Shown here piece by piece: positions 21,601 to 30,159 of a DNA stretch of 64,000 nucleotides. Under the pieces are notes generated by a model, which saw only the letters and a program-made list of their open reading frames with translations, made no database searches and was not told where the DNA came from. Both the position numbers and the translations under genes were made by a program. Position 1 is the first letter of the stretch. Each line of letters starts with the position of its first letter. The stretch lies in assembly GCA_038874135.1 (NCBI GenBank), contig JAVZCZ010000001.1:751219-815218 (forward strand), in the 5' to 3' direction. The stretch comes from Candidatus Woesearchaeota archaeon. GTDB taxonomy: Archaea; Nanobdellota; Nanobdellia; Woesearchaeales; 0-14-0-80-44-23.

Positions 21601-24600
21601 CAAGTTATTGCATACGACACCTTTGGCAATTATAAATATTCAACAAATTACTTCTCATACATAACTGACACTTTGGCACCTTCCATCGTGCTAAATATGC
21701 CGGGAAATCTTTCATTCATAAATTCTACACAAGTCAACTTTACATTTACACCTTCAGATGCTAACACGATATCAAGATGTACTCTCTACCTAAATGTCAC
21801 AGGAGCATTCCTCCCTAACACAAGTATAACTCAAGTTGTTAAAGACACTCCAAATTTAATACAAGCTGAAATTAAAGATGAGGGCGCCCACTTGTGGAAT
21901 ATCCTGTGTAATGATAGCGCAGGAAATTCTGCGTTTGCTCCTCAGAACTTCACCTTTATTTCAGATCTTAACCCGCCCTCAATACAACTATTAAGTCCTC
22001 CCAACGGCAGTACATACAACATTTCCAATTTTGTAAATTTCACTATAAATGCATCTGATAGGATATCCGCAGTATACCGCTGCACACTCATAATAAATGG
22101 ACAGCCCGTTCTTACTTCTTATTCTGTGCAGGACGGAGTGCCATACACATTTCAGTATTTCTTGCTGAATGGAAATTACTCCTGGCAGGCAGAATGTTAC
22201 GACTTAAACGGTCATTCAAACCTTTCTTATTCCTACAACATTTCAGTTTTAGTTATTGATTCAGTACCTCCAATCGTAACCTTAACTAGCCCCGCACAGG
22301 ACCAATACCTTTCCAGTAAAACAGTACTATTCAATTATACTCCGCAAGACGCTACTGGAATAAAGAACTGCACCCTATTTATTGATGGCAATGAAAACGA
22401 AACTGACTTTTCTGTTAGGAACTTGGAACCAAACTACTTCTTATTAGAATACTTAGAGGACGGGGTTCATAACTGGACTGTGCTCTGCTTTGACAATAGC
22501 AGCCAGCAGAACAGCTACGCACCCACCCCTGTAAGGTTCTCAATAGATACAACTCCGCCATCAGTAATTCTTATCTCTCCAGAAGATGGAGTTCTTACTA
22601 ATAATTCTCTAGTCACCTTTGTATACGCACCATCAGATGCAAATCTTGAAAATTGCTCCCTCTACACTAATTCTTCTAGCGAGTGGATGATGGAATCAAC
22701 AGACTTCTACCCAATTAATAATCAGCAGAATGTTTTTCAAAAATCAGTTGCGGATGGAGTTCTCGTTTGGAATGTTGTTTGTTATGATAAGGGCGGGCTC
22801 TCCAGCTTTGCTGACTTTAACCGAACATTGAATGTTGATACAACTCCGCCGCGATACGCCAATATAACTCTGATCCCGACAAGCCCAACTGAATATTCAC
22901 CTTATGGGGAGTATTACTTTAATATAACATGGATTGATGATTTTAATTTGTCATCTGTATATTTTGAGAGCAACTTTTCAGGAACCTTTGAGAATGAGAG
23001 TCCCAACCACTTTGAAAACATTTACTATGTTCACAAGACAGGTCTTAACTCAGGAACATACCAGATTAGGTGGTACGCTACTGATTCGGCAAAAAATCAG
23101 AACGAAACCCCGGCAATTCAGTATGATATAACTAAAGCAGAGCCTAACCTTACTTTAAAAATAAACAATTATTCTTATAATTTGACTGTTGAGGAAGATA
23201 GCATAGTTAATATCTCAGCAGAGCTCTTAGAGCCACCCGGAGCATACCTCTCTATTTATATTAACAATAATCTCATTACTAACGGAACTTCTCCTATTTA
23301 TACTACTTACAACTTTACAGAGCCTGGATCTTATAATGTTACTGCGAGCTTTGAAGGAAGCCAAAACTACCTTTCAGCATTCAGAACAATAATTGTAAAT
23401 GTCTCAGACACTACACCCCCAATTATAGTTCCCATCTTCCCGCAGAATAACTCATTCATAGGGGAAAATCACATTGTATTTTCTTACAATGTAACTGACA
23501 GCAGCCAAATTGCCAACTGTTCTTTATTCATAAATAGAACATTAAACCAGAGCAATACCAGCATACAGAATGGAATAAACTACTTTGAAGTTGACTTTCA
23601 AGATGGCAACTACTCCTGGCACCTCTCCTGTTATGACGAGTTTTCAAACTATGCTGAAAGCCCGGAGATATACTTCACTTCAATAAGGTCAGATAAAATA
23701 ATTGCTTCAGCACATCCTCAACAGCCGCAGTACCAAAAGGGTGAAACGGCAATACTTATAGGAAATACTACGAGCATCTTCGGAACACCATTAGATACAA
23801 ATATTTATGCTAATGTAATAAGAGGCAATACTACGATAGAATGGTGGAACACTTCATTCAAATACAGAAGGCCTATATTTATAAATAACTCAATGAACGC
23901 TTCAACATACTTGCAGGCGCTAATCAACATTTCAAACCTTAGCGCTTCAATTTCTAACTGTTCTGAACTCAGAATTGTAATGAACAACTCTTTTGAGCAC
24001 ACCCTAATCCCCTCAGAAGTACTCTTAGAAGAGGGAAATGCTTCGTGCCTGCTAAGATTTAATGCGAATGCTTCTGCACTCGCCACGAATGAGAACAACT
24101 ACTATGTATATTACGGAAACTCAGGAGCAGGAGCCCAGCAGCAGCTTCCAGAACTTGCAGGCATATCAGTACAGCGTAAGTCTGTTGTGGGAACTACAAC
24201 TTCAATCACTGATACGATGAGTGAGGTGAATACTTCAAGAGCGTTCCTGCTTTTCAGCGCCAATGTCGCCAGCTCAACTCCTGCAGTTTGGGAAATAACG
24301 GGAAGAATATTATCCTCAACGCAGGTAGTGTTTGAAAGATACTCGGGAACCACATCTGCAAATATATCCTGGCAGGTTATAGAAGGCTCAGAGATTAATG
24401 TGCAGAGGGGAACCGCATCATTTGGAGCTACACAATCAAATACTACAATACTTATAGATAGTGTTAATCTAAACGAGTCTTTCATAATAATAACCGGAAG
24501 GACCAGCAGCACCACAGCAGGGAATGCAAACATGGGCTTCTTTAGGGCAATGTTCCTTAACTCTACTGCAATTTATATTGAAAGGGCTACAACTGGAAGC

Positions 24601-26487
24601 ACTGCTGTTGCAGAATGGCAGGTAGTTTCGTGGAGTGGTGCGAGAGTGCAGAGTGGAAACATCTCTTTCATAACAGCTTCGCAGAGCGTCCCCATAGAAG
24701 AGGTTAATCTTTCCAGGAGCATGCTGATATTCAGCACTGCTGTAACTGGCAACACCAGGATAGGAGCTAACATGATTTTTGGCAACTTTACCAATTCCAC
24801 AACAGCATACTTCTCAAGAACGAATGCTGCAGGAACAGCATATGTTTCCTGGTTTGCAGTTGAGCTTCCCCAATACTACTCAGTACAAGCCGGAACAGTT
24901 TCAATCACAGCAGATACCAATGTTCAAATATACCCCGTGCGCACTGAGAAGACATTTCATCTGCACTCAGCTTCAGCAGTAGGAGCAACCAGCACTACCT
25001 ACTCTGATGCCCTAATAAGAGCCGAGCTAACAAATAGCTCAAATCTTATGCTGGATAAGGTGTCTGGCACAAATACCAACTATGTTGCCTGGTTTGTAGT
25101 AGAAGAAAAATATCTTTCAGCTAATTCGGGAATGGAAGAAGCTTTAATGGCATACAACTACAACTCCACATTGACAGGGCTTTACACTCTAAGTTGGGTT
25201 TCCGGAAAGAGCCCGGTGGGCAACTACACCTTTGTATACTCTGCAACAAAAACTAATTACTCATCTGCAAGGGCATACTCCACATTTGAGATAATTCCAG
25301 ACACAACTCCGCCCAATGTTACGCTTGTAAGCCCACTTCAACTTGAAAAGAGGGGCGTCGGAAATATAATCTTTTCCTACATACCTTATGACTTGAACCT
25401 TCTAAACTGCACACTCTACCTTGGAAAGGACGGAACTTTTTCTCCGAACATTACGAGCACGAGTCCAATAAATAATGCAGTAAACAATCTTTCAGTATAC
25501 TTAGACATCGGATTATACACTTGGAATGTGCTTTGTAGGGACAGTGAAGGAAACTCTGCATTTGCTCTGCAGAACAGGACACTTAACATAACAGGCCCAG
25601 ACCTATACCCTGTTGCTGTTTGGTTTAGCAACACGCCCAGGATTGAGACCGTTAACACAACCATCTTTGTTAACATTTCTAATAAGGGGCTTTCTGATTG
25701 TACTAAAAACTTCACTGTTGAGTTCAGGAGAAGTGGGCTGCTCATAGGCAATCTGAGTGTGCAGGGGCTGCTGATTGGCGAAGTTAAAAGCTTGAACTCT
25801 TCATTCCTGTTAGGTCCCGGCATTAATAATTTAAGTATTAGCATAGATCCTGATAACAGGATTAACGAGTCGGACGAGTCAAACAACAATGCTTATGAGG
25901 TTATTGCTGTTGAGTTTTATCAGTACTATTACGGAAATCTTAGCTTTTTACAGGTTTTGAGCAAGTCCTCAAACGAGTCTGTATTCACTTGGGAAAATTC
26001 AAATCCTGAAGATGGGGTTATTTTAGTTGCTGATATTGATTCAAAATTTGAGATTGGAAACTTAAGAGCCCTGACTCGGAATGCAAATGGGGATCCAGTT
26101 ATAAATGATCTTTCAGAATTGGATGAGGCTTTTAATTCTTCAAATCTTAACGATTCTATTAAGAATGTGTGGGGAAACGGCACTGACATTCCAATAATGA
26201 CTGCCAACTTTACGATAGGACAGTTTAATATTTCTAACGTTCCGGTAGCATATTCCAGAAATTCCACTTCTTCAATTACGGGAATACTCTGGGACTCTGC
26301 AGATGATTTAAGCCACAACCTTCAGTATGACAGCTCTGATAGGGAAGATATAGTTCTAATCACAAAGATTCACCCGTTAGCAGACTGTTCTTTTGGTAGC
26401 TGCAATTATGAGATAAGAATTCCAGCAGCTCTACGCTCTTACAAGCCTAACACCGACCTCGTAGTTTTTTACACCATGCTAAACTGA
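18649..26487 (+). CDS. Giant secreted adhesin-like protein with beta-propeller-like blades, Ig-like repeats, a CARDB domain and a conserved C-terminal module
   Basis: 2612 aa with a signal peptide. The ATGA overlap with the upstream gene suggests translational coupling. Blade repeats resemble SVSVSAFNSSAFVFGWYDQAS. Many NC[ST]L...C.D..GN domains are followed by CARDB and the shared C-terminal module. Confidence 0.75.
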   Translation: MKRSITFGIIFLLLIALSLKISSASCPEIILSSNTTIKDVDIKIKVSGQTQESELVIRTPSGPYRLLGDIPSLTSFTPKDVGNYSVEVWQDKVLCDIKNFTALPHNNSTLFLPPILSTDKKEYHLGEAVRISLSPEYYGYSIEGLNLKLLTGQQSYSLLGEISEDIEFRPVFEGNYTILLLDSIGNTLASESFSVYALNSYFVNNLSIKKRFSDKFEYNISTNSEDMIVEFSNSFIKRLNLKKLSSSNLAIVRISELLPEERSRLNIPTIGGEIKESFELDPSALNFSEGELTIVPSGNELWKCTDWNYDAQYCVGSWIKQQNLVPGVENVIKFNLSDPGYAIVATANITSIAAATLSENSFVVAYCDDTNDRTAFKVFWANGSVRTNEVIVDSTTGNCGYTSVSVSALTNNSFVIGWIDTASSYASFAVYDASGNVITPRVDVDTTAGTSRSVSVSAFNSSAFVFGWYDQASAYASFRTFSSSGVAISSVVNVDTTAGTCNAVSVSAVNSSAFVFGWYDQASSDMTFRTYTSSGVAISAVTDVNTKVGTGSFSVSVAAYNSSAFVIVWYDQRLGYVSFRQYSVAGVQIGSQVNPDTAVGTTASGVFVSSVGVNSSVFAVGWNDLTTDVVSSVRTYSGAGAAVSSEVVVQANALKYNALAGYYPATGIGFCNGNFVAIIVNTSSQAFFKAYMPNGSEWDGNCPDVIPPQVVLNSPQQAAVFYSDTVDFNFTVTDNVDLVIPNCTLWINTSSTFSPNITIYNITSNKMNNITLSQIPDNKYIWNVRCYDNAGNSAFASSNFSLFINKNPPQILNPLLNESTVNQSHSVKFNVSITDSYGIDSAYITMMYPNGSSNNYYLNRSGNEFYFIINNTIQIGTYSVIYVWANDTLGQNSSLTLSDLQFNVTPSPPAQFNLLSPPNATESTNLRPNLTWETSYDETFLNYTIQISQDENFATVLFTYYNPGVYNTSRVLDYALEANKKYYWQVIAYDTFGNYKYSTNYFSYITDTLAPSIVLNMPGNLSFINSTQVNFTFTPSDANTISRCTLYLNVTGAFLPNTSITQVVKDTPNLIQAEIKDEGAHLWNILCNDSAGNSAFAPQNFTFISDLNPPSIQLLSPPNGSTYNISNFVNFTINASDRISAVYRCTLIINGQPVLTSYSVQDGVPYTFQYFLLNGNYSWQAECYDLNGHSNLSYSYNISVLVIDSVPPIVTLTSPAQDQYLSSKTVLFNYTPQDATGIKNCTLFIDGNENETDFSVRNLEPNYFLLEYLEDGVHNWTVLCFDNSSQQNSYAPTPVRFSIDTTPPSVILISPEDGVLTNNSLVTFVYAPSDANLENCSLYTNSSSEWMMESTDFYPINNQQNVFQKSVADGVLVWNVVCYDKGGLSSFADFNRTLNVDTTPPRYANITLIPTSPTEYSPYGEYYFNITWIDDFNLSSVYFESNFSGTFENESPNHFENIYYVHKTGLNSGTYQIRWYATDSAKNQNETPAIQYDITKAEPNLTLKINNYSYNLTVEEDSIVNISAELLEPPGAYLSIYINNNLITNGTSPIYTTYNFTEPGSYNVTASFEGSQNYLSAFRTIIVNVSDTTPPIIVPIFPQNNSFIGENHIVFSYNVTDSSQIANCSLFINRTLNQSNTSIQNGINYFEVDFQDGNYSWHLSCYDEFSNYAESPEIYFTSIRSDKIIASAHPQQPQYQKGETAILIGNTTSIFGTPLDTNIYANVIRGNTTIEWWNTSFKYRRPIFINNSMNASTYLQALINISNLSASISNCSELRIVMNNSFEHTLIPSEVLLEEGNASCLLRFNANASALATNENNYYVYYGNSGAGAQQQLPELAGISVQRKSVVGTTTSITDTMSEVNTSRAFLLFSANVASSTPAVWEITGRILSSTQVVFERYSGTTSANISWQVIEGSEINVQRGTASFGATQSNTTILIDSVNLNESFIIITGRTSSTTAGNANMGFFRAMFLNSTAIYIERATTGSTAVAEWQVVSWSGARVQSGNISFITASQSVPIEEVNLSRSMLIFSTAVTGNTRIGANMIFGNFTNSTTAYFSRTNAAGTAYVSWFAVELPQYYSVQAGTVSITADTNVQIYPVRTEKTFHLHSASAVGATSTTYSDALIRAELTNSSNLMLDKVSGTNTNYVAWFVVEEKYLSANSGMEEALMAYNYNSTLTGLYTLSWVSGKSPVGNYTFVYSATKTNYSSARAYSTFEIIPDTTPPNVTLVSPLQLEKRGVGNIIFSYIPYDLNLLNCTLYLGKDGTFSPNITSTSPINNAVNNLSVYLDIGLYTWNVLCRDSEGNSAFALQNRTLNITGPDLYPVAVWFSNTPRIETVNTTIFVNISNKGLSDCTKNFTVEFRRSGLLIGNLSVQGLLIGEVKSLNSSFLLGPGINNLSISIDPDNRINESDESNNNAYEVIAVEFYQYYYGNLSFLQVLSKSSNESVFTWENSNPEDGVILVADIDSKFEIGNLRALTRNANGDPVINDLSELDEAFNSSNLNDSIKNVWGNGTDIPIMTANFTIGQFNISNVPVAYSRNSTSSITGILWDSADDLSHNLQYDSSDREDIVLITKIHPLADCSFGSCNYEIRIPAALRSYKPNTDLVVFYTMLN
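19969..20624. repeat. Copy 1 of an exact 656-bp GT-rich cassette encoding propeller-blade repeats
   Basis: Nucleotide-identical to 30550-31205. The composition is anomalous. Flanking sequence is homologous but diverged. Confidence 0.9.
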
Positions 26488-26655
26488 GTTCAAATGTTTC
26501 TTTACATTTAGTTATCTAGTTTATCTATTAATATATTTAATATAATAAATTAATTATTTTAATTTATTAAGTTAAATATTTTTTTAATTAATTTATTATT
26601 TTAATAACTTAATCAGCAAGTTTTAAAACCCCTATTAACTTATTAAAAATCTAAG

Positions 26656-27150
26656 ATGCCAATTTTAAAGAAAGAGCAACCAACTGCATTTCAGGAGCCA
26701 CCTAAAGAAGTGCCGCCCTTGGCGCGGGAGATAATTGAAAGGAGCAAGATAGCTGGGCATACCGAACTTCCTCAGGAACTTCCACGAATTGCCGAATTGG
26801 TTGAAAGCCCAAAACAGGAATATCCAATACCACAAGAGTCAGCTCACGCTTCCGACGACATAAAAGAAGTGAAAGAACGCCTTGAACGAATAGAATCCTT
26901 GCTCAGAACTGCTGTTCCGGGAAAATATCTCATACTGAGAGATGGGAAAGTACTTAAGAACATTGCCGATTTGAGAAGCGCTTTAGCCACGATGAGTTCG
27001 GAAACATTCAATTTGCATGTCAACTTTGAGAGGAATGACTTTGCAAATTGGGTTAGGAATGTCTTCTTGGAAAAAGAGCTTGCTGATAAGTTGGATGGAG
27101 CCACGAGCAGGGCTCAGATGATTAGAATTTTAAACGAATATTTTGACTGA
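26656..27150 (+). CDS. Hypothetical soluble protein with a C-terminal HVNFERND domain
   Basis: 164 aa. The last ~70 aa are similar to the cytoplasmic C-terminus of the 35335-37869 protein (F.HVNFERND.A.W...LA..L...M..IL). Confidence 0.5.
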   Translation: MPILKKEQPTAFQEPPKEVPPLAREIIERSKIAGHTELPQELPRIAELVESPKQEYPIPQESAHASDDIKEVKERLERIESLLRTAVPGKYLILRDGKVLKNIADLRSALATMSSETFNLHVNFERNDFANWVRNVFLEKELADKLDGATSRAQMIRILNEYFD

Positions 27151-27378
27151 GAAATTCTTAAGTTTTCTTCTCGTGAAGACAAAGTTTATTTTTAAACGAA
27201 ATCCCATTTGAACATTTTTAAGTTATATAATTCTTTATTTTTAATAAAAAAGAATTTTAATCCGTTATAATTAAAAAATAAGCATTTTAATGGTTTTTTT
27301 TATAGATTTTTTATGATTTTTTTTAGAAATATTTATATATTAGTATACCTTTTTGTAGTTTAAATTAATAAAAAAGTT

Positions 27379-27413
27379 ATTGGTATACTGCAATGATTAA
27401 AAAGTATACCAAT
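27379..27413. promoter_or_regulatory. Palindromic operator-like site, ATTGGTATACT-N13-AGTATACCAAT
   Basis: Perfect 11-bp inverted repeat 41-75 bp upstream of the 27454 ATG. An additional TAGTATACC half-site lies at 27341-27349. Confidence 0.4.
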
Positions 27414-27453
27414 AGCTTATTTACAAGCTTAAAGCAAGCAAGAGGGTGTCAAC

Positions 27454-28224
27454 ATGAAAAGGCGAATCAAAAACTTAGGAGCAATAGCCTCCTTCCTGGC
27501 TTTGTTGCTAGCAGCAGCAGTTCTGGCAGAACCTCAACAGGAGCCAATAGGTCCTGACAGCATAAACCAGTTAGGCTCCAGCAGGCATACCCCCGCAGCT
27601 ATTCCATCACGCCCAGCATATGCAGGAAACGTAACTGAACTTTCAGTCTATACTCAGACCACAACACTCGGCTGGCAAGGTTACTATGGAAATGTAACGG
27701 GTACAATAGTTCTTGATGATGCTAATAATCACACAATGTATGACTGGGCAATTGCACATCCAGAAGGAGAAATCTATGCAGTAATCCAACCAGTAGCTGA
27801 TTGGGACCAGGTTTCATGTGCAACTCCAGCTCAGATAAGTACGATAGAAAACAACACTTACAAGTTTAACACTTATCCGAACGGAACACTAAAGCCCTCA
27901 TTAGATGCAGACAGCATTACAAACACATTTGCAGCAAACTTTGATGGAGACTTTTATGTCGGCTCAACACGAATAAATGCTACATCCGGGTGTAAGGCAG
28001 CATACCTCTATGTCAATGATGCTCCAGACCCGTCAAAGAAGTTTACTGAGACATTGCTATACGACCAGGTGAATGCTAATCTCATCTTCACAGCAATCCT
28101 GGTAGAGAATACGGCAACAGGATTTGACGGGCTGCCTCACGACTTTCAGATGATAGTAGCAGAGAACGGTCACAATGGAGATGAAACCACAACAACATAC
28201 TACTTTTATGTAGAACTGCAATAA
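27454..28224 (+). CDS. Secreted protein, paralogue of the 28495 gene
   Basis: Signal peptide. Shared motifs with the 28495 product are YxGNVTG, ...YDW... and FDFQMIV...YY.YVEL. Confidence 0.55.
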   Translation: MKRRIKNLGAIASFLALLLAAAVLAEPQQEPIGPDSINQLGSSRHTPAAIPSRPAYAGNVTELSVYTQTTTLGWQGYYGNVTGTIVLDDANNHTMYDWAIAHPEGEIYAVIQPVADWDQVSCATPAQISTIENNTYKFNTYPNGTLKPSLDADSITNTFAANFDGDFYVGSTRINATSGCKAAYLYVNDAPDPSKKFTETLLYDQVNANLIFTAILVENTATGFDGLPHDFQMIVAENGHNGDETTTTYYFYVELQ

Positions 28225-28294
28225 GGGAAAGCCATACTTGCTTTCTCTTATTAATTTTCACCTCCAGGCGAGGCGAGCAAGCGAGTGATGAAAA

Positions 28295-28498
28295 ATGGAA
28301 CGCATCCCAGCACTAAATCCCAGATACACAAAAGTGGTCTGGCAGGAAACCCCTCAATCTGTAAGGGTTATACAGGGTATCTATTCTGAAGATGGAGACT
28401 TCATAAGAGTTAAAGGCGACTATAAAGAGGTTCTAATCAGAAAGGATAAGGTGATCTCCATAGAGCACAAGCAGGCTGCGCGGGGTGATATAAAATGA
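28295..28498 (+). CDS. Small hypothetical protein
   Basis: 67-aa ORF between the two paralogues, with an ATGA overlap with the downstream gene. Confidence 0.35.
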   Translation: MERIPALNPRYTKVVWQETPQSVRVIQGIYSEDGDFIRVKGDYKEVLIRKDKVISIEHKQAARGDIK

Positions 28499-29187
28499 AA
28501 AAAGTATTCATACTAATCTTGCTGGCAGCATTTCTCGCATTCTCAGTCCGCGCAGTTCCGACTGGCCCTGTTATAATGAGCAACAGTACAGACTACGGTC
28601 CATCTAATGCTGGCACACTGGTCAGCACTGCTGGAGGAACGATTACAACATATCTATTAAATGCTACTCAGCAGAACCTTAGATGGAAGGCATATGTCGG
28701 AAATGTGACTGGAAGGTATGTGCTTCAGGACTCTGCCAACTACTCCATCTACGACTGGAGCTTCACAATAAACTCGGGAGAGGTATATGCCACGAGAGCG
28801 TCCTCAGTCAACTGGGCAAATGTGAACTGCGCAAGCCCCGCACAGATAAGTTCAGAAGAATCAGCACTGAATCAGAACTCAGCCAATCCCGATACCATCT
28901 CAAAGACATTCAACACAAAATTTCACAACGCCTTTTCAGTAGGAACTGTCCCAATAAGTGCCAACTCTTGCAACTCCACAGCAACTAATGTTAACGGAGC
29001 CCCTCAAAGCACCTACTTTCAAGAAGTGCTCTTACATGATCAAGCGAGCGCTTTCATATACGCAACTCTTTTGAGCATTGGACAGACTGGTTATAATAAT
29101 CAGCATTTTGATTTTCAAATGATAGTGCCTGAAGACGAGATTACTCCGGGAAACACTCAGTACTACCTGTATGTAGAGCTCATATGA
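28495..29187 (+). CDS. Secreted protein, paralogue of the 27454 gene
   Basis: Signal peptide MKKVFILILLAAFLAFSVRA. Conserved C-terminal HFDFQMIVPE...YYLYVELI. Confidence 0.55.
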   Translation: MKKVFILILLAAFLAFSVRAVPTGPVIMSNSTDYGPSNAGTLVSTAGGTITTYLLNATQQNLRWKAYVGNVTGRYVLQDSANYSIYDWSFTINSGEVYATRASSVNWANVNCASPAQISSEESALNQNSANPDTISKTFNTKFHNAFSVGTVPISANSCNSTATNVNGAPQSTYFQEVLLHDQASAFIYATLLSIGQTGYNNQHFDFQMIVPEDEITPGNTQYYLYVELI

Positions 29188-29194
29188 GCCAGAG

Positions 29195-30112
29195 GTGATT
29201 AAATTGAAAATCAAGCAAGCCATTCAAGCATTGGCAGTGGGACTTCCTCTGGCATTCCTGCTCTACTTTTGGACTGCCTCACTAATATTATTTGCAGGCA
29301 AGGCTGAAGCAGTTTCATCCTGGAATGTTAATGCTACAGTCAATGTAACAAACGCTCCGCCAACAGTTGTGAGCGTGCTTTTAGACGACAATGTAACATC
29401 GCCTGCTGACACAATTGACCTAGTAGCAGGGGGCACTCAGCTAGTTTACTGCAACGCTACCGTGAATGATACTAACGGGTACTTAGACATAACTAGCGCT
29501 AGGGCTGTGCTCTACCACTCTTCCTCAACCCCCAATGCAGCTGATAACAACGAGACGCACTACACTAACAACTCATGCACACTACTCGCCGGCTCAGGCA
29601 TATCCAGACCTGTTTCCTGCGCATTCAATATGCTTTACTACGCAACTAACGGCACTTGGACTTGTAATGTAACTGCTTTTGACTCAGATAATGCCAACGG
29701 CACCGGCATAGATACTGCAAATGTGAGCATACTTGTAGCACTTAACATCTCTACACAGGTTCTAAACTATGGAAACCTTGCTCCACTGCAGGAATCCAGC
29801 CCGGTTACAGAAACAATAACAAACCACGGCAATGTGCAGATTGACCTCGTGCTGAATGGAACAGACATGCCCTGCACTTCAGTAGGAATAATAACTCCAA
29901 ACGCACAGCATTATAATGTTACAGGAACAGGAACGACTTATGCCACAATGACTCCCCTGCAGTACAATCCCGTGACCGAAACCTCATTTAACCTTGCGAA
30001 GAGGACTGACGCTGCTGAGAGCACAAGGGCAACCTACTGGAAAATCATACCTCCAGTAGGAACCAAGGGGATATGCACAGGAAATGTAACAATAGCAGCA
30101 GTAGTGGGATAA
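29195..30112 (+). CDS. Secreted or membrane-anchored protein with a ~260-aa domain shared with the C-terminus of the 30160 protein
   Basis: N-terminal hydrophobic segment. Domain motifs are LLDD...CN.T..D..G......AVLY, NGTWTCNVT and IDL.LNGT.M.C.. Confidence 0.55.
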   Translation: MIKLKIKQAIQALAVGLPLAFLLYFWTASLILFAGKAEAVSSWNVNATVNVTNAPPTVVSVLLDDNVTSPADTIDLVAGGTQLVYCNATVNDTNGYLDITSARAVLYHSSSTPNAADNNETHYTNNSCTLLAGSGISRPVSCAFNMLYYATNGTWTCNVTAFDSDNANGTGIDTANVSILVALNISTQVLNYGNLAPLQESSPVTETITNHGNVQIDLVLNGTDMPCTSVGIITPNAQHYNVTGTGTTYATMTPLQYNPVTETSFNLAKRTDAAESTRATYWKIIPPVGTKGICTGNVTIAAVVG

Positions 30113-30159
30113 ACTTTTTTTATAAAACTTTTTAAATATATTCTCATTTTAAATGGCTA

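Noticed and set aside
26488-26655. Extremely AT-rich TAAT/TTAA-laden intergenic tract after the giant operon
   Set aside because: It looks like an ordinary terminator and promoter spacer. I could not define a discrete repeat or structured element beyond base composition.
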